From: Eledone cirrhosa
Taxonomy: Eukaryota
Assembly: GCA_964016885.1 (NCBI GenBank)
Contig: OZ024743.1
Coordinates: forward strand, 350,362,001-350,426,000
Length of the DNA stretch: 64,000 nucleotides
Direction of reading: 5' to 3'
Shown here: piece by piece, positions 24,491-35,402 of the stretch
How positions within the stretch are numbered: the first letter of the stretch is position 1
Layout: each line of letters starts with the position of its first letter
Program-made: the position numbers and the translations under genes
The notes under the pieces: generated by a model
The model's input: only the letters and a program-made list of their open reading frames with translations
Database searches by the model: none
Told to the model about the DNA's origin: nothing

Positions 24491-25680
24491 GAAGGTGAAG
24501 CCACGCTTCTTATCGTCTCCAGTTTTTTTCAACAGTATTCATCGATTTCAACCGTTCTTAACCTTTTATTGAAGTTTTAAACTTGATAAAAGGTTAGAAG
24601 TGACCCACCTAATACAGGGTTTCACTCAAAAATAATACAGCACTCCTTTATGGGGTGACGTATTATGTAAACAAAATTTTTGAAAAAATTAATTTCTTTC
24701 AAACATGGATAACACAAGAAAGAGAGAGAGAGAACGCTGTCAGACAACACAGAGAGGGGGAGACTTTGTCAACATATCAACAAGACAGCGTCCTCTAGAG
24801 GACTAGTGGGGGGGAAGAGCGACGACGTTCTCGGAGAGACCCTGGGCGTCGAAGGCGATCAGCTGGTTATTCTCTTCAAGAGAACTTTCAGCCCGGGGCC
24901 TACGGACAACTTCCAGAAATCCCTGGCCTGTCAATGCTACCGAGGAGCGTTGCCGGTTCGAGACAAGTTCTTCAGGCACGGAAGTGCCGTCAGCCGAACC
25001 TGTCCGAGGTGCGCACATAGTACGAAACCGTTATGCATGCACTCGTTCAGTGTCCGAACATTGCTGACTTGTGGAGCTCTGTCGAACATTTGCTGTCACG
25101 TGTAGGACTAGTTATCGACTGAGTGCATTGTGCAGATAGCCCCGCTGTCCTCCTTTAAGGAGGAGGAAGGGCAGGCAGTTTTCATCTGCCTGGTGGCCAT
25201 GACGAAAGAGATTGTATGGTGGACAAGGTTGAAAGGATTGAAGACGGACACTTTCCTCTTCGGCAAATCCCTGATTAACTTTTTAAAATTTCAATTCAAG
25301 AGGAAAATCAGGGTGGAGAGGCAAGTGCTGTCTTCTAGCAAGTTTGTTGAAAAGTGGGTGAAAGTGGCGAGTCTGGTCCGAGTGGACGGTCCCGCCCTGA
25401 GTATGCGCCTGTAGATTGAGGAGTGGAAAACTGAGAGAGGGCGCTTTCCCTGGTTGTCAGGGTGGCTGTTGTCTTTTGTGTGGTTTTCGCCACGAGTGAC
25501 CCTTGGAAATTTCCCCCCTATTGGGGAATTTTTTGTTGTTTGATTTTTTTTTATATTTCTATCTTCTTGTTATAACCTTTTTTACACGACCAAAACCCAC
25601 TTTGTATCGTCATGTACCGTTCTGTGCCGTCTGTAATTTTTTTTTTCATGTTAGCCCTTGTGGCCAATAAAGAAAGCATG
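24491..25680 (+). mobile_element. Tx1-like variant D, internally deleted (putative 5' UTR/ORF1 start joined to ORF2 C-terminus and 3' UTR)
   Basis: AT-rich leader with ATG at ~24705, then ORF2 zinc-finger region from ~24790. AATAAA at ~25666. (TTA)n on both sides. Confidence 0.8.
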
Positions 25681-25694
25681 ATTATTATTATTAT

Positions 25695-28600
25695 AGTTGC
25701 ATTTATCTTGCTTTATGTTCATACGAGTTATCACCAAGTCACAACCAGTGACCTCAAGAGACAACAAGGTCCGCCATGTTCAAGAAAGAACATACATATT
25801 CACACATGCATCTTTAGTGTTTAGACTTATGATGTACTTATATTGACAGAATCTTCCTTAGTATATGGGCAGTTCCCATTAGTACTATCTTTTGTATTTC
25901 TCCTATACGCGGGTTTCCTGGGATTTGCGATATGTAATCATTAGACCCCTTAGGTATCATTCCCAGAGCGCCTACAACCACTGGTATTGTTTTAGTTTTC
26001 AATTTCCACATTTTTCCAATGTCTATCTCCAGGTCCTTATACTTACTCAATTTTTCAAATGTTTTTATAGATACATTCTTGTCTATTGGAACAGACATAT
26101 CAATTAGCAGGTATACCCTCTTTTGAAAGTCTTTCAATATTATATCAGGTCTAGTTGCATCTATTTTTCGGTCTGTTTGGATGCTAAAGTTCCACAAGAT
26201 TGAGATGTGATCTTTTTCAAGTATGGGAGGTGGTTGATGCTCCCACCAATTCTTTTGATGGGGCAGGTCAAAATGCTTACACATTATCCAATGTATGTAT
26301 TGTGCAGCTCTGTCATGCCTGTTTAAGTATTCGGTTGGAGCTATAGGACTGCACATTGAAATTATATGGTCAATGGTCTCTGGTTGTTTTTTGCATACAC
26401 GGCATAATGGGCTGCACCCATTTTTTATTATGTTGGCTTGGTAATTTTTTGTTGGCAGACACTGATCTTGTGCCGATATAATCAGTCCTTCAGTCTCCGA
26501 TTTCAGTCCAGAGGATGCCAACCACTGATGGGTTAAAGTTTTGTCAACATCAGGATCGTTAGCTCGCTCTGGGTATTTTCCATACAGAGGCTTTTCTTGC
26601 CATTTCTTAGCCAGTTTCTGTAGCAGTTCTTTCTTTGCAGTTACTTTTACCTGCTTTGCTTTTTCTGTGTTTTCCATTTCAGCAGTAAATGGGACTTCTG
26701 AAATTTGTAGTCCATTACTGTATCTTTGTGCATCTTTTGTAATGGAATATGATCTTTTGATGCTTTCGTGTTTCAAAACGAGTTTGATCATCCAATCATG
26801 TGATTCCCTTAGATATGTAGATAATCCAATTGTTGCAGTTTTCAACGCAATGTCTAACTGGATTAACCCACGTCCTCCTTCTTTCCTAGGGAGATATATT
26901 CTATCTATATGTGCTTTAGGGTGATGCATTCTGTGCATGGTTAAGAATTTTCGAATTTTTGTATCGAGCCTACGGATCTCTGTGCTTGACCAGTTGATGA
27001 CATTGTAACTGTAGGTTACTACTGGTATGGCAAGCGTGTTTATGGCATCGATCCTATTCCTTGCATTCAATTCCGTTTTTAAGATTGCTCTCACTCTGCG
27101 GTAAAATTCCTTCCTTATCCTTTCCCTCATTGTCGAGTGCTTGATTCCGTCTCCTTCACAAACACCTAGATATTTGTAAGTTTTTTCTTGATCAAGTTCT
27201 CTTATCACGTTCCCCCGATCAAGATTAATGTCTGAACTCTTCAGCAGCTTTCCTCTGGTGAACGTTGCTTTGGCGCATTTATCTAGTCCAAACTCCATTT
27301 TAATGTCATCACTGAACTGCTTCACAGTGGATAATAGCCCTTGCAATTGTTCATCATTTTTTGCAAATAGTTTCAGGTCATCCATGTAGAACAGGTGATT
27401 AATGGTTTTGTCATAGACTTTATATCCATGTTTTGTTTCATTGAGCATTTTACTTAATGGTATAAGTGCGATGCAGAATAAAAGCGGTGATAAAGAGTCA
27501 CCCTGAAAAATTCCACAATTAATATTAACTTCTCCAGCTTCCAGTGATTTTGTTTCACTATTCAAAAGGAGTGTCGTTTTCCATGTCTTCATACTGAATG
27601 ACAAAAACCTCCTGACAACGGGGGATACTTTGAAAATCTCTAAACATTTTTCAATCCAACTGTGTGGCAAACTATCAAATGCTTTTTTATAATCTATCCA
27701 AGCAATCGATAGATTTTTGTGTCTATTATGACAATCTTCCAGTATCATTTTGTTAACCAGAAGCTGATCCTTACAGCCATATGAGCCTCGTTTACACCCT
27801 TTCTGCTCAATGGGAAATAGCTCATTTGTTATCAGGTGGTCATATGTGTATTCAGTTAGGACTGATGTTAAAATTTTATACATTGTGGTCAAGCAAGTTA
27901 TCGGTCTGTAATTTTTGGGATTGTTTGTCTCATCATTCTTCGGAAGCAGGAATGTAATGCCGTTAACTAGCCATGATGGTATCTTTTCTGGCTCCTTAAC
28001 TATTTCATTGTAAAGTTGGGCTAACAGCTCATGAGACTCTGTGAAGGCATTTATCCAAAAGTTTTGTATTTTGTCTTTTCCTGGGGATTTCCATTTGCTG
28101 GTTTTTCTTAGAGCCAAGCGCAACTGTTCAACTGTTATATTTTCCCATATTTGTTCCTCAAGGTGAGCTGTATCTTTCATTTGTCTGTCTATCCATGGGG
28201 CATGTATGTTATGAACTTTTTCTTCGGCCCAGATCTTTTCCCAGAATTCTTGCACTTCCTCCTTGGGTGGTATTGATTTAGCAGTTATTGTTGACTTACC
28301 AATTTTTCTGTAGAAGTTTCTTTGGTTGTGTTTGAACATATTATTGTCCTTATAGAATATAGATCGTTTTTCAAAGCGCCTTATACGAGCAGCTTTGGCC
28401 GACACTTTTTGCTTGATTATTTCTATCAGCATGTCTATGTCACATGTTGATTTTATACTGTACTTTTTTTTCAATTTTCTAAGTTTAGTTTGTTTAACAT
28501 GTTCACCTACTTTATAGTTTGTTAACATTTTTATGTCAGATCGGAGAAGGTTTATTTGGCGATTGATGTTCTCTTGCCAAGTAGATTTCTTGTGGGAATT

Positions 28601-30578
28601 CCTTTGTTTTTTCATCTTCACTCCACATAAGTGAGTGGTGACTTTAGCTGATGCATAATAGAGATGATTTAAATCAGTAATGTTTAGTTTGTTTGTGATG
28701 ATAATATTTTTGAGAATTATGTTAGTCTTGTGTATTATCTTTTGGTTCAGTTTGGAGTTCTGGATCTTAGGGAGGGTGTCTCGTTGCCCCATGTCAGATT
28801 CTTTCATTTTCATCCATTTGATCATAATTTCATCCTTCAAGTTGGCAAGTTCATTCTCATTCATTTCTTTATCATTTACGATCTCATTATTTTCATTTGG
28901 AGTTTCATCCTGAGCATGCACTCCCTCAACTTTTTCGATCCTTTCTTTAATTTGTTCTGTTGCCAGTGATTCCGCCCCAACCCTGGGATTCGAAGTGTTA
29001 CAGTTTACCTCGTTTTCACTGACACATGTTTCATTTTCCCTTCGCTGACTTTGTGCTAATAGCTTGATCTGATCAATTTCTATATCAGTTAGTAACTTTT
29101 TTCTTACAATATTTCTTCGTATATTGGCTAGTTTGTTGCTGTCAATATAGCCTCTGTTTTCGGGATGTTTCTTTTTCCAGTTGATATATGTCTGTTCTGT
29201 ATTCGATGTATTTGATGGGTAGTACATGGCAGTGTAGAAAGCCTCAAGGACTTCTTTATTATCTTCCCTTGACCATTTTTCTCTCTTTTTCTTTGGATTT
29301 CTTGGTGGTGAGCATGGAGGGCCAACAGTAGGAGTATTCCGGTTATGGGAGGTCTCCAGCTCCGAAGTGATGGGAAGGTTTGAACCATTAGCTGATTTTT
29401 CGACCCCAGTCTGGTTCCTCTCTGAGGGACGCGGCCCTTTTTTACCCGGGTGACGGCCGATCCAGTATGAGATTTTATCATTAGACATTTACTTTATTTT
29501 GTCGCGTTTTATCCTTATCCGCCAAGGGGTAATCATTTCGTGTTACCACTTCTAGAACGAGTGTCAACCAAGACTAGAGGGGTCGTTCTCCCCTAGAGAC
29601 ACGGCTATTCCCCGCCGGCCGCCATCCCGGTATTTCTTGGTCGCGGGGTTTTCTTTTTGTTGTTTTTTTTTTTAAATTGTTATTATCATGAGTGGTTCCT
29701 TAATGTGAGCATTGCGTGGCTTAAGAATGAAATTATTAATAATTGTCTCCACTCCAGGCACAAGGCCAGCAATCACCCAGTGCATTACAATAATATAATA
29801 TACTTTTTGTTGTGGTTGGCTGTTATTGTTGTTGGCTATGTCGGTGGTGGTGCCGGGGCTTTTTATATTGTTGGTGAGGAAGGGGTGAGCCAGCAGTCCC
29901 ATAATTGTTGATGTGACCAGGTCACTAAGTCAATCTATTTATATCTTTTGCTAGCCTCTCCCTTGTCTAGTGATACCGCCACCTTCCCCTTTCTCTCTCA
30001 AGTTAACAGGGGAATAGTGGTGGTAGCATTGAAGGAGTGGTGGCGGCAGGGAGATGTGGGAGACAGTAGCGACGGTATCGATACTGAGACAGTGGTGGTG
30101 GTGATGTCGATACCGAGGCAGTGGTGATCGTATTACTGTAGATGGTGTTGTAGCGGTGGCAGCAATGAAGGAGTGGTGGTAATGATGGCAGTAGTGAGTG
30201 GTGGTGGTGAAATTGCCGTTATCTGGCTGTTGTGTTTAGTGTACACAGAGAGGTGATGGGGTAGGTGTTGTATCTAGTTTCTGGTGTTGTTTGGCTGTTC
30301 TATATAGCGTAGACAGAGGAGGGGGGGGGGGGTCCTTCTTCCATTTATAGCCATTTGTTTTTTTGAATATACAATGTACAATACAAAGTTGAATATTTGA
30401 ATATTTGAGCCTTATAACAATATATTTTGGGTCCGAATTTTTTGGGGGCTCAAGCCGGATGCCTTACGTAGCATTTGTACTAAGAGTTGTTATTTCACAA
30501 ATGATTTAAATATGTTAAAAATTCAAAACTTACGGGAGCGATTTCATGACCTTCTACCACCTCGTGCGTCTTCTTCCC
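25695..30578 (-). mobile_element. R4/Dong-like non-LTR retrotransposon, copy 2 (full length, intact ORF)
   Basis: Single long ORF, ~1.1 kb 5' leader and ~140 nt 3' UTR. (TAA)n flanks at 25681-25694 and 30579-30650. Confidence 0.95.
25838..29488 (-). CDS. Reverse transcriptase with C-terminal CCHC finger and PD-(D/E)xK restriction-like endonuclease (1216 aa)
   Basis: NYRPITCL, WIDYKKAFDS, GIFQGDSLSP, YMDD, CRVC..ETIDHIISMC, RHD, RPDIIL..IDMSV..K..KY: the R4/Dong clade layout. Confidence 0.95.
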   Translation of the reverse strand: MSNDKISYWIGRHPGKKGPRPSERNQTGVEKSANGSNLPITSELETSHNRNTPTVGPPCSPPRNPKKKREKWSREDNKEVLEAFYTAMYYPSNTSNTEQTYINWKKKHPENRGYIDSNKLANIRRNIVRKKLLTDIEIDQIKLLAQSQRRENETCVSENEVNCNTSNPRVGAESLATEQIKERIEKVEGVHAQDETPNENNEIVNDKEMNENELANLKDEIMIKWMKMKESDMGQRDTLPKIQNSKLNQKIIHKTNIILKNIIITNKLNITDLNHLYYASAKVTTHLCGVKMKKQRNSHKKSTWQENINRQINLLRSDIKMLTNYKVGEHVKQTKLRKLKKKYSIKSTCDIDMLIEIIKQKVSAKAARIRRFEKRSIFYKDNNMFKHNQRNFYRKIGKSTITAKSIPPKEEVQEFWEKIWAEEKVHNIHAPWIDRQMKDTAHLEEQIWENITVEQLRLALRKTSKWKSPGKDKIQNFWINAFTESHELLAQLYNEIVKEPEKIPSWLVNGITFLLPKNDETNNPKNYRPITCLTTMYKILTSVLTEYTYDHLITNELFPIEQKGCKRGSYGCKDQLLVNKMILEDCHNRHKNLSIAWIDYKKAFDSLPHSWIEKCLEIFKVSPVVRRFLSFSMKTWKTTLLLNSETKSLEAGEVNINCGIFQGDSLSPLLFCIALIPLSKMLNETKHGYKVYDKTINHLFYMDDLKLFAKNDEQLQGLLSTVKQFSDDIKMEFGLDKCAKATFTRGKLLKSSDINLDRGNVIRELDQEKTYKYLGVCEGDGIKHSTMRERIRKEFYRRVRAILKTELNARNRIDAINTLAIPVVTYSYNVINWSSTEIRRLDTKIRKFLTMHRMHHPKAHIDRIYLPRKEGGRGLIQLDIALKTATIGLSTYLRESHDWMIKLVLKHESIKRSYSITKDAQRYSNGLQISEVPFTAEMENTEKAKQVKVTAKKELLQKLAKKWQEKPLYGKYPERANDPDVDKTLTHQWLASSGLKSETEGLIISAQDQCLPTKNYQANIIKNGCSPLCRVCKKQPETIDHIISMCSPIAPTEYLNRHDRAAQYIHWIMCKHFDLPHQKNWWEHQPPPILEKDHISILWNFSIQTDRKIDATRPDIILKDFQKRVYLLIDMSVPIDKNVSIKTFEKLSKYKDLEIDIGKMWKLKTKTIPVVVGALGMIPKGSNDYISQIPGNPRIGEIQKIVLMGTAHILRKILSI

Positions 30579-30654
<76 letters not shown>

Positions 30655-30715
30655 TAACAACACCATCACCATTCCCACCATCAACATAACCACCACCACC
30701 ACCATCACTATTATT
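30579..30715. repeat. (TTA)n grading into a cryptic (CAC/CAT)n triplet repeat
   Basis: Direct reading. Confidence 0.9.
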
Positions 30716-31360
30716 TCTATATACGTAGTTAGCTTCAGCAAGGCTGCTCCTTTGTTCACTGTCCCTCCCTCCCAGTGCCCACACCACCCCGAGATGTCTA
30801 ACTTGTTTTCATTTCAGTAGCACCCCAGTCAATAATGAGTTGTTTCAGACCTCTCACTGGTGCTCTTCTACCATATTATTTCGTTGGTCGAAGGGAGAGA
30901 CTATTATCATTCATGGTCCTTCTACCAGAGACGCCTGGTGGTGAGATTGAGGTGAATGGGAAGTATCCAGGGTTTACCGATAGAAGTATTGTTAAAAGTA
31001 AGTTGTCGTAGAGTATAAGAAACAAAAAGAGCAGAGAAGATCAAAAAGCTCAAATATACGTCCAGGGACAATGAATATACGTCCAGGGATAAAATCACCG
31101 TCCGCCGGCTAGCTTGGACACGACAAATTCCCTACATATCATTCCTATACGACTAGTGTACACTTTACTAAGGACGCTTAACAAAACAATTCCTCTATAA
31201 TTAGAACAATCACTTGTCGCCCATTTTAGAAATTGGAATTATCCCTCTAGTGTGCCATTGTATTTGTGCGTTTGCAGTGATTTTGTGCCACTCAGAATAC
31301 ATGAAGCACCCAGTGAATACCTACTCTTTTAAGGCTTTTAAAATATCTTTTAAAATCCCA

Positions 31361-31400
31361 CCGTAGAAGCTGTTTCAAGATTATTTAATCTTTCATCAGT
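31361..31400 (-). ncRNA. Degenerate minimal type I hammerhead-like motif (Penelope-like relic)
   Basis: Minus strand reads CTGATGA aagatt-aaat-aatctt GAAAC AGCT TC tacgg. Perfect 6-bp stem II. G16.2 is missing and stem I is broken. Confidence 0.6.
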
Positions 31401-32284
31401 GACATTTGCTCTGTACTGAAATAAAAAAAAATAGGCTAATGCCTATATAGATTTTGAGTATTTAATATGCTGGATAGGCTCATTTGTATATAGCAAATAA
31501 AAGACATCGGATGGACAATATTGGTCAAAACATGCAGTGTGAGGGAACCTGAAACCATATTGATATGAAGAGATCTTAACTGTACAGCATTTTTATATTT
31601 CTTGCCAAAATATTTAGATTTGCCATAATTATATTTCATTACTTTCCTTTTCAAGATATTTATTCATGTATAAATAATAAAAAAAAAAACAACTTTAGCA
31701 TGATTAATTTCTTTGAATAATATGTTATGTCACGTTTGATAGTCAACGCCCAATGTACAATTCATTTTTTGGATAAACGTAACAACAAAGGAATGCTTGT
31801 GTTAGCACCTTATCAGTGGATGATTTATGGCTAGCTTTTCAATAATAATCTTTTCTCTACTGTCAGTAGAATTACAAAAATCAAAGTTAATTTCGGGTCC
31901 ATAAATACACACGCATACTCAGACATACTTTTTTATTAACGTTTTATTCATAGATGGGAAAGGCCCATGATACGTTTCAGAGTATCTGAAAGTGGTGTGA
32001 AGGAGAGAGGGAGGTATTTTAGAACTGGCGACATTTCAACTCCGAAACTGAAATCCAGAATAAATATCGGCTTGTATGTTAATGACTCTATCAATTCGGT
32101 GCCTTCTACTCTTTTATGGACTAATTGCTGTTGCTACAAAGCATTATCAATTGATTTGTTATTTTGCTTTTCAGATTCTGAATAGTACCATACTGATGAC
32201 AATTGTTGAGCTTGATTAATCCCAGCTCATCCGTGATACAGCAAACCTATGATCAAGTGTTATAATCGAGATCATTATATATTA

Positions 32285-32469
32285 GGGCAGTGGATTGGCA
32301 GTATCGGTAGAGGGTCGGACGCCATGCTTTGCAGCAAAGAATTACGGCCGTTTATGGTCTGAGTTCAAATCCCGCCGAGATTAACTTTGCCTTTCATCCT
32401 TACGGGGTCGATAAAATAAAGTACCAGTAATACACAGTAATTTCTGGCCTTGTGCTAAAAGTAGAAACA
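32285..32469 (+). mobile_element. tRNA-derived SINE, full length, with TSD
   Basis: Same family as 24286. ATTATATATTA is duplicated at 32274-32284 and 32470-32480. Confidence 0.92.
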
Positions 32470-32570
32470 ATTATATATTATGTTTTATTCAAGTATAGTG
32501 GATCTCGGGAATTTTGCCCGCCCTAGATAGATAGTGCATCTATGACTACATTATTCAATGTTTCCTTTTT

Positions 32571-33297
32571 TACATACATACATATATACATGGTGGCTGC
32601 CAACTCGTTTTCGAGTACGGCCACTACTTTATATCCATGTAGGAGAACCCCTACCGATGCGCTGAACGAGTGTGACTTTTTAGTCCAGCCAACGACTTGA
32701 AAACTCTGGGACAAACACTACACTTGTGACAATTATTGACACATAGTGCTGGGCCCATGGTACCATGTGACGGCAAGTGCAGAGAGATCTCCAGATATAA
32801 AGCAATGCCTATGTCGTGAAGCTTTTATAGTGAGCAAAGGCATTGCACAAAACCATACATACATACATACATACATACATACATACATACATACATACAT
32901 ACATACATACATACATACATACATACATACATGGTGGCTGCCAACTCGTTTTCGAGTACGGCCACTACTTTATATCCATGTAGGAGAACCCCTACCGATG
33001 CGCTGAACGAGTGTGACCTTTTTAGTTCAGCCAGCGACTTGAAAACTCTGGTACAAACACTACACTTGTGACAATTATTGACACATAGTGCTGGGCCCAT
33101 GGTACCATGTGACGACAAGGGCAGAGAGATCTCCAGATATAAAGCAATGCCTGTGCCGTGAAGCTTTTATAGTGAGCAAAGGCACTGCACAAAGCCAGTC
33201 CCACTCTCTTAACCAAGATGATATTTACCAAAAAGAAGAACAAGTCAACATCATACATACATACATACATACATACATACATACATACATACATACA

Positions 33298-33326
<29 letters not shown>
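32571..33326 (-). mobile_element. Two tandem 3' ends of an RTE-like LINE embedded in (ACAT)n tracts
   Basis: Units 32590-32853 and 32931-33250 are near-identical. Minus-strand peptide CSVCTRVFKSLAELKRSH is C2H2-like. (ATGT)n tails. Confidence 0.65.
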
Positions 33327-33328
<2 letters not shown>

Positions 33329-33529
33329 TTGGGATTCATACATTTATATACGTTAGTACAATCGAAATATTTGATTAAGATGTTAACTGATAACGTATGA
33401 ATTATCGATATTTACAACTTAAATACACTACAGCTGTTACCTTTTTTTACCTTGGAGAACATCTTTGACCTTATTAGCGTGAGAAATTGTTTGCACTATG
33501 AAATATAAATACAAACAAGAACATCGCCG

Positions 33530-34310
33530 CTGATGGACGCGAGAAGGAGGATGAAGCAGCAAAGAAATCAGGAAAAGTAGGGGGAAATCGAACGAGTATT
33601 ATAGAGCAGTATCAGGTGTTGGATCGCAATGTCAAAAAAAGCTACAAAACACACAAGAATGAGTGGTTTGAAGTAAAGAGAAAAGAAGCAGACGTAGCAG
33701 CTCACCAAAATGATACGAAGGCGCAAATCTGTCAAAGAAATGACCGAGGCATGACATTCACTAAATGCGCTAGTAAAAGATAAAAACAAAAATGTGGAAG
33801 TGCTCTTGTCAGCTGAAGAACTGAATAACCGTTGGTTGATGACATTTCCAGGAGCTACAGAACGAACCACATACAAATATGCGTTTTCAAACTTGAAGCT
33901 AAATTACATGAACTCTGATTAGATGTTGAAATGAGAAGAATTAGGCAGAGAAATCAAGATACAGAAAATGATAAATCTGTTGTACTTAATCATTTATTAG
34001 CTGAGTTGCTGAAGCAACATCACTGCAACTGAAGGAAGTGGTGAAAAGGGGTCACAACTACACTGCTAACAACTTGTGCGGAGTTATATTTTTGTTAATC
34101 CCGTGGGAAGTTTTTTTAGTATATTACTACGGTAAATTCGTGACACTGTTGATACAAGACTACGAACATTTCAGGCAGAGTCCTAACTAAGCTGGCCAGT
34201 CACTTATGGATCACGATATGGATTATCTGTAAACAGTGTCTTAAGCTGCAGTGACCATTGTTAATATATTTTATTGACTTCAAAAAGACCTTTCACAACT
34301 TTTACCACTA
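33530..34310 (+). mobile_element. Highly decayed RTE-like LINE fragment
   Basis: Residual FIDFKK(T)F RT motif near 34270 and RTE-like linker codons. Confidence 0.45.
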
Positions 34311-35402
34311 GCCTCTGTCAGGTTTTTTACGTTAAAATAGGCAGTAGAAATGATTCACAATTATTTCGTCCCGTGGCATTTGATAGCCTCGAATTGACTC
34401 TTGAAACTGGATAGACGCAAACTATTCGGAAGCCCATCGATGGACTGTAGCTATAATTCAAAGGACAAGTCTTATCACACACTGTGTCACACCAAATCTA
34501 CCTGAGAATTACGTTAAGGGTACATGTGTCTGAGAATACTCAGCCATTTACACGTTAACTTCATGGGCAAGCTGTTCCTGGAAGACTCATCGTCGAAACG
34601 GACGGAGGTTTATACCATTCCTAATTGTTATCTTTAAACTTGCCAATTCATTTGATTTTCTTAACAGTTTTTCTATTGGTTTATAAAATGTGATAGACCC
34701 ACATGTATAATCCATAGCACTTATTGTATTCAATGATTCAGCAAACGAACAAGGCAATGTATACCTGGTTTGTAAACTTGCTAAATATAACAACCTTATT
34801 TCCCTCAAATTACAATCTACCGTCTTAAAAAGGAAAGGCAAATTATCCATCACCTAACAACTTTTCACCAACTGCATCTCAATCACTGTTATCGGATTTT
34901 TGCCGGCGGGCTAGGCAAAAACATTCTCTGTCTCTGTACCACAACTACATTCAAACAATAGAGCAAAGTGCTATTGTAACAAATACATTGTGTCTATAGT
35001 ACACGTCCTTCACGTTACGTCAAAAACCGATGGTTGCTATGTGGTTACTTAACGCTTCTGTTATTTGGGACCATTGAATAGAATCCGCATTTTAGTATGT
35101 CAAGGCATAGTGTTTCGCGTCGAAAAATTCCTCAAACGCCATTTTCGCTGCTAGCCCGCCGCTTACAATGCGCACCAAACGCTTCTTCTAATGTGCTGAC
35201 CTCTTTTCTAAATTATTATTCTCAATACAGTTTCAACTCAATAGAAAATATTACGTATCACATGCTCCACAATCAACACAAAATAAATGAGCACAACATA
35301 TACTCTGTATAATCGACACCCTACAATATAATACATTTCAATCACCGCTTCAAACTGAAAGCTACAACCCACGCAGCACGTAGAACTGTCTTTCTATTAG
35401 AG

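Noticed and set aside
30530-30578. HDV-like ribozyme suggested by CCTCGT at the Dong tip
   Set aside because: The motif is on the antisense strand and P1-P4 pairings could not be built.
2457-30650. CRISPR-like or telomere-like reading of repeats separated by spacers
   Set aside because: The repeats are simple TTA tracts, not TTAGGG. The spacers are kilobase retroelements and there are no cas genes.
30800-32280. Host exons in unique AT-rich DNA
   Set aside because: Only short ORFs with no recognisable domains. Small exons cannot be excluded without transcript data.
34440-35000. Probable fragments of other interspersed repeats (also ~42780-43260 and ~62540-62860)
   Set aside because: No second copy or diagnostic ends within the window. 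A repeat-library search is needed.
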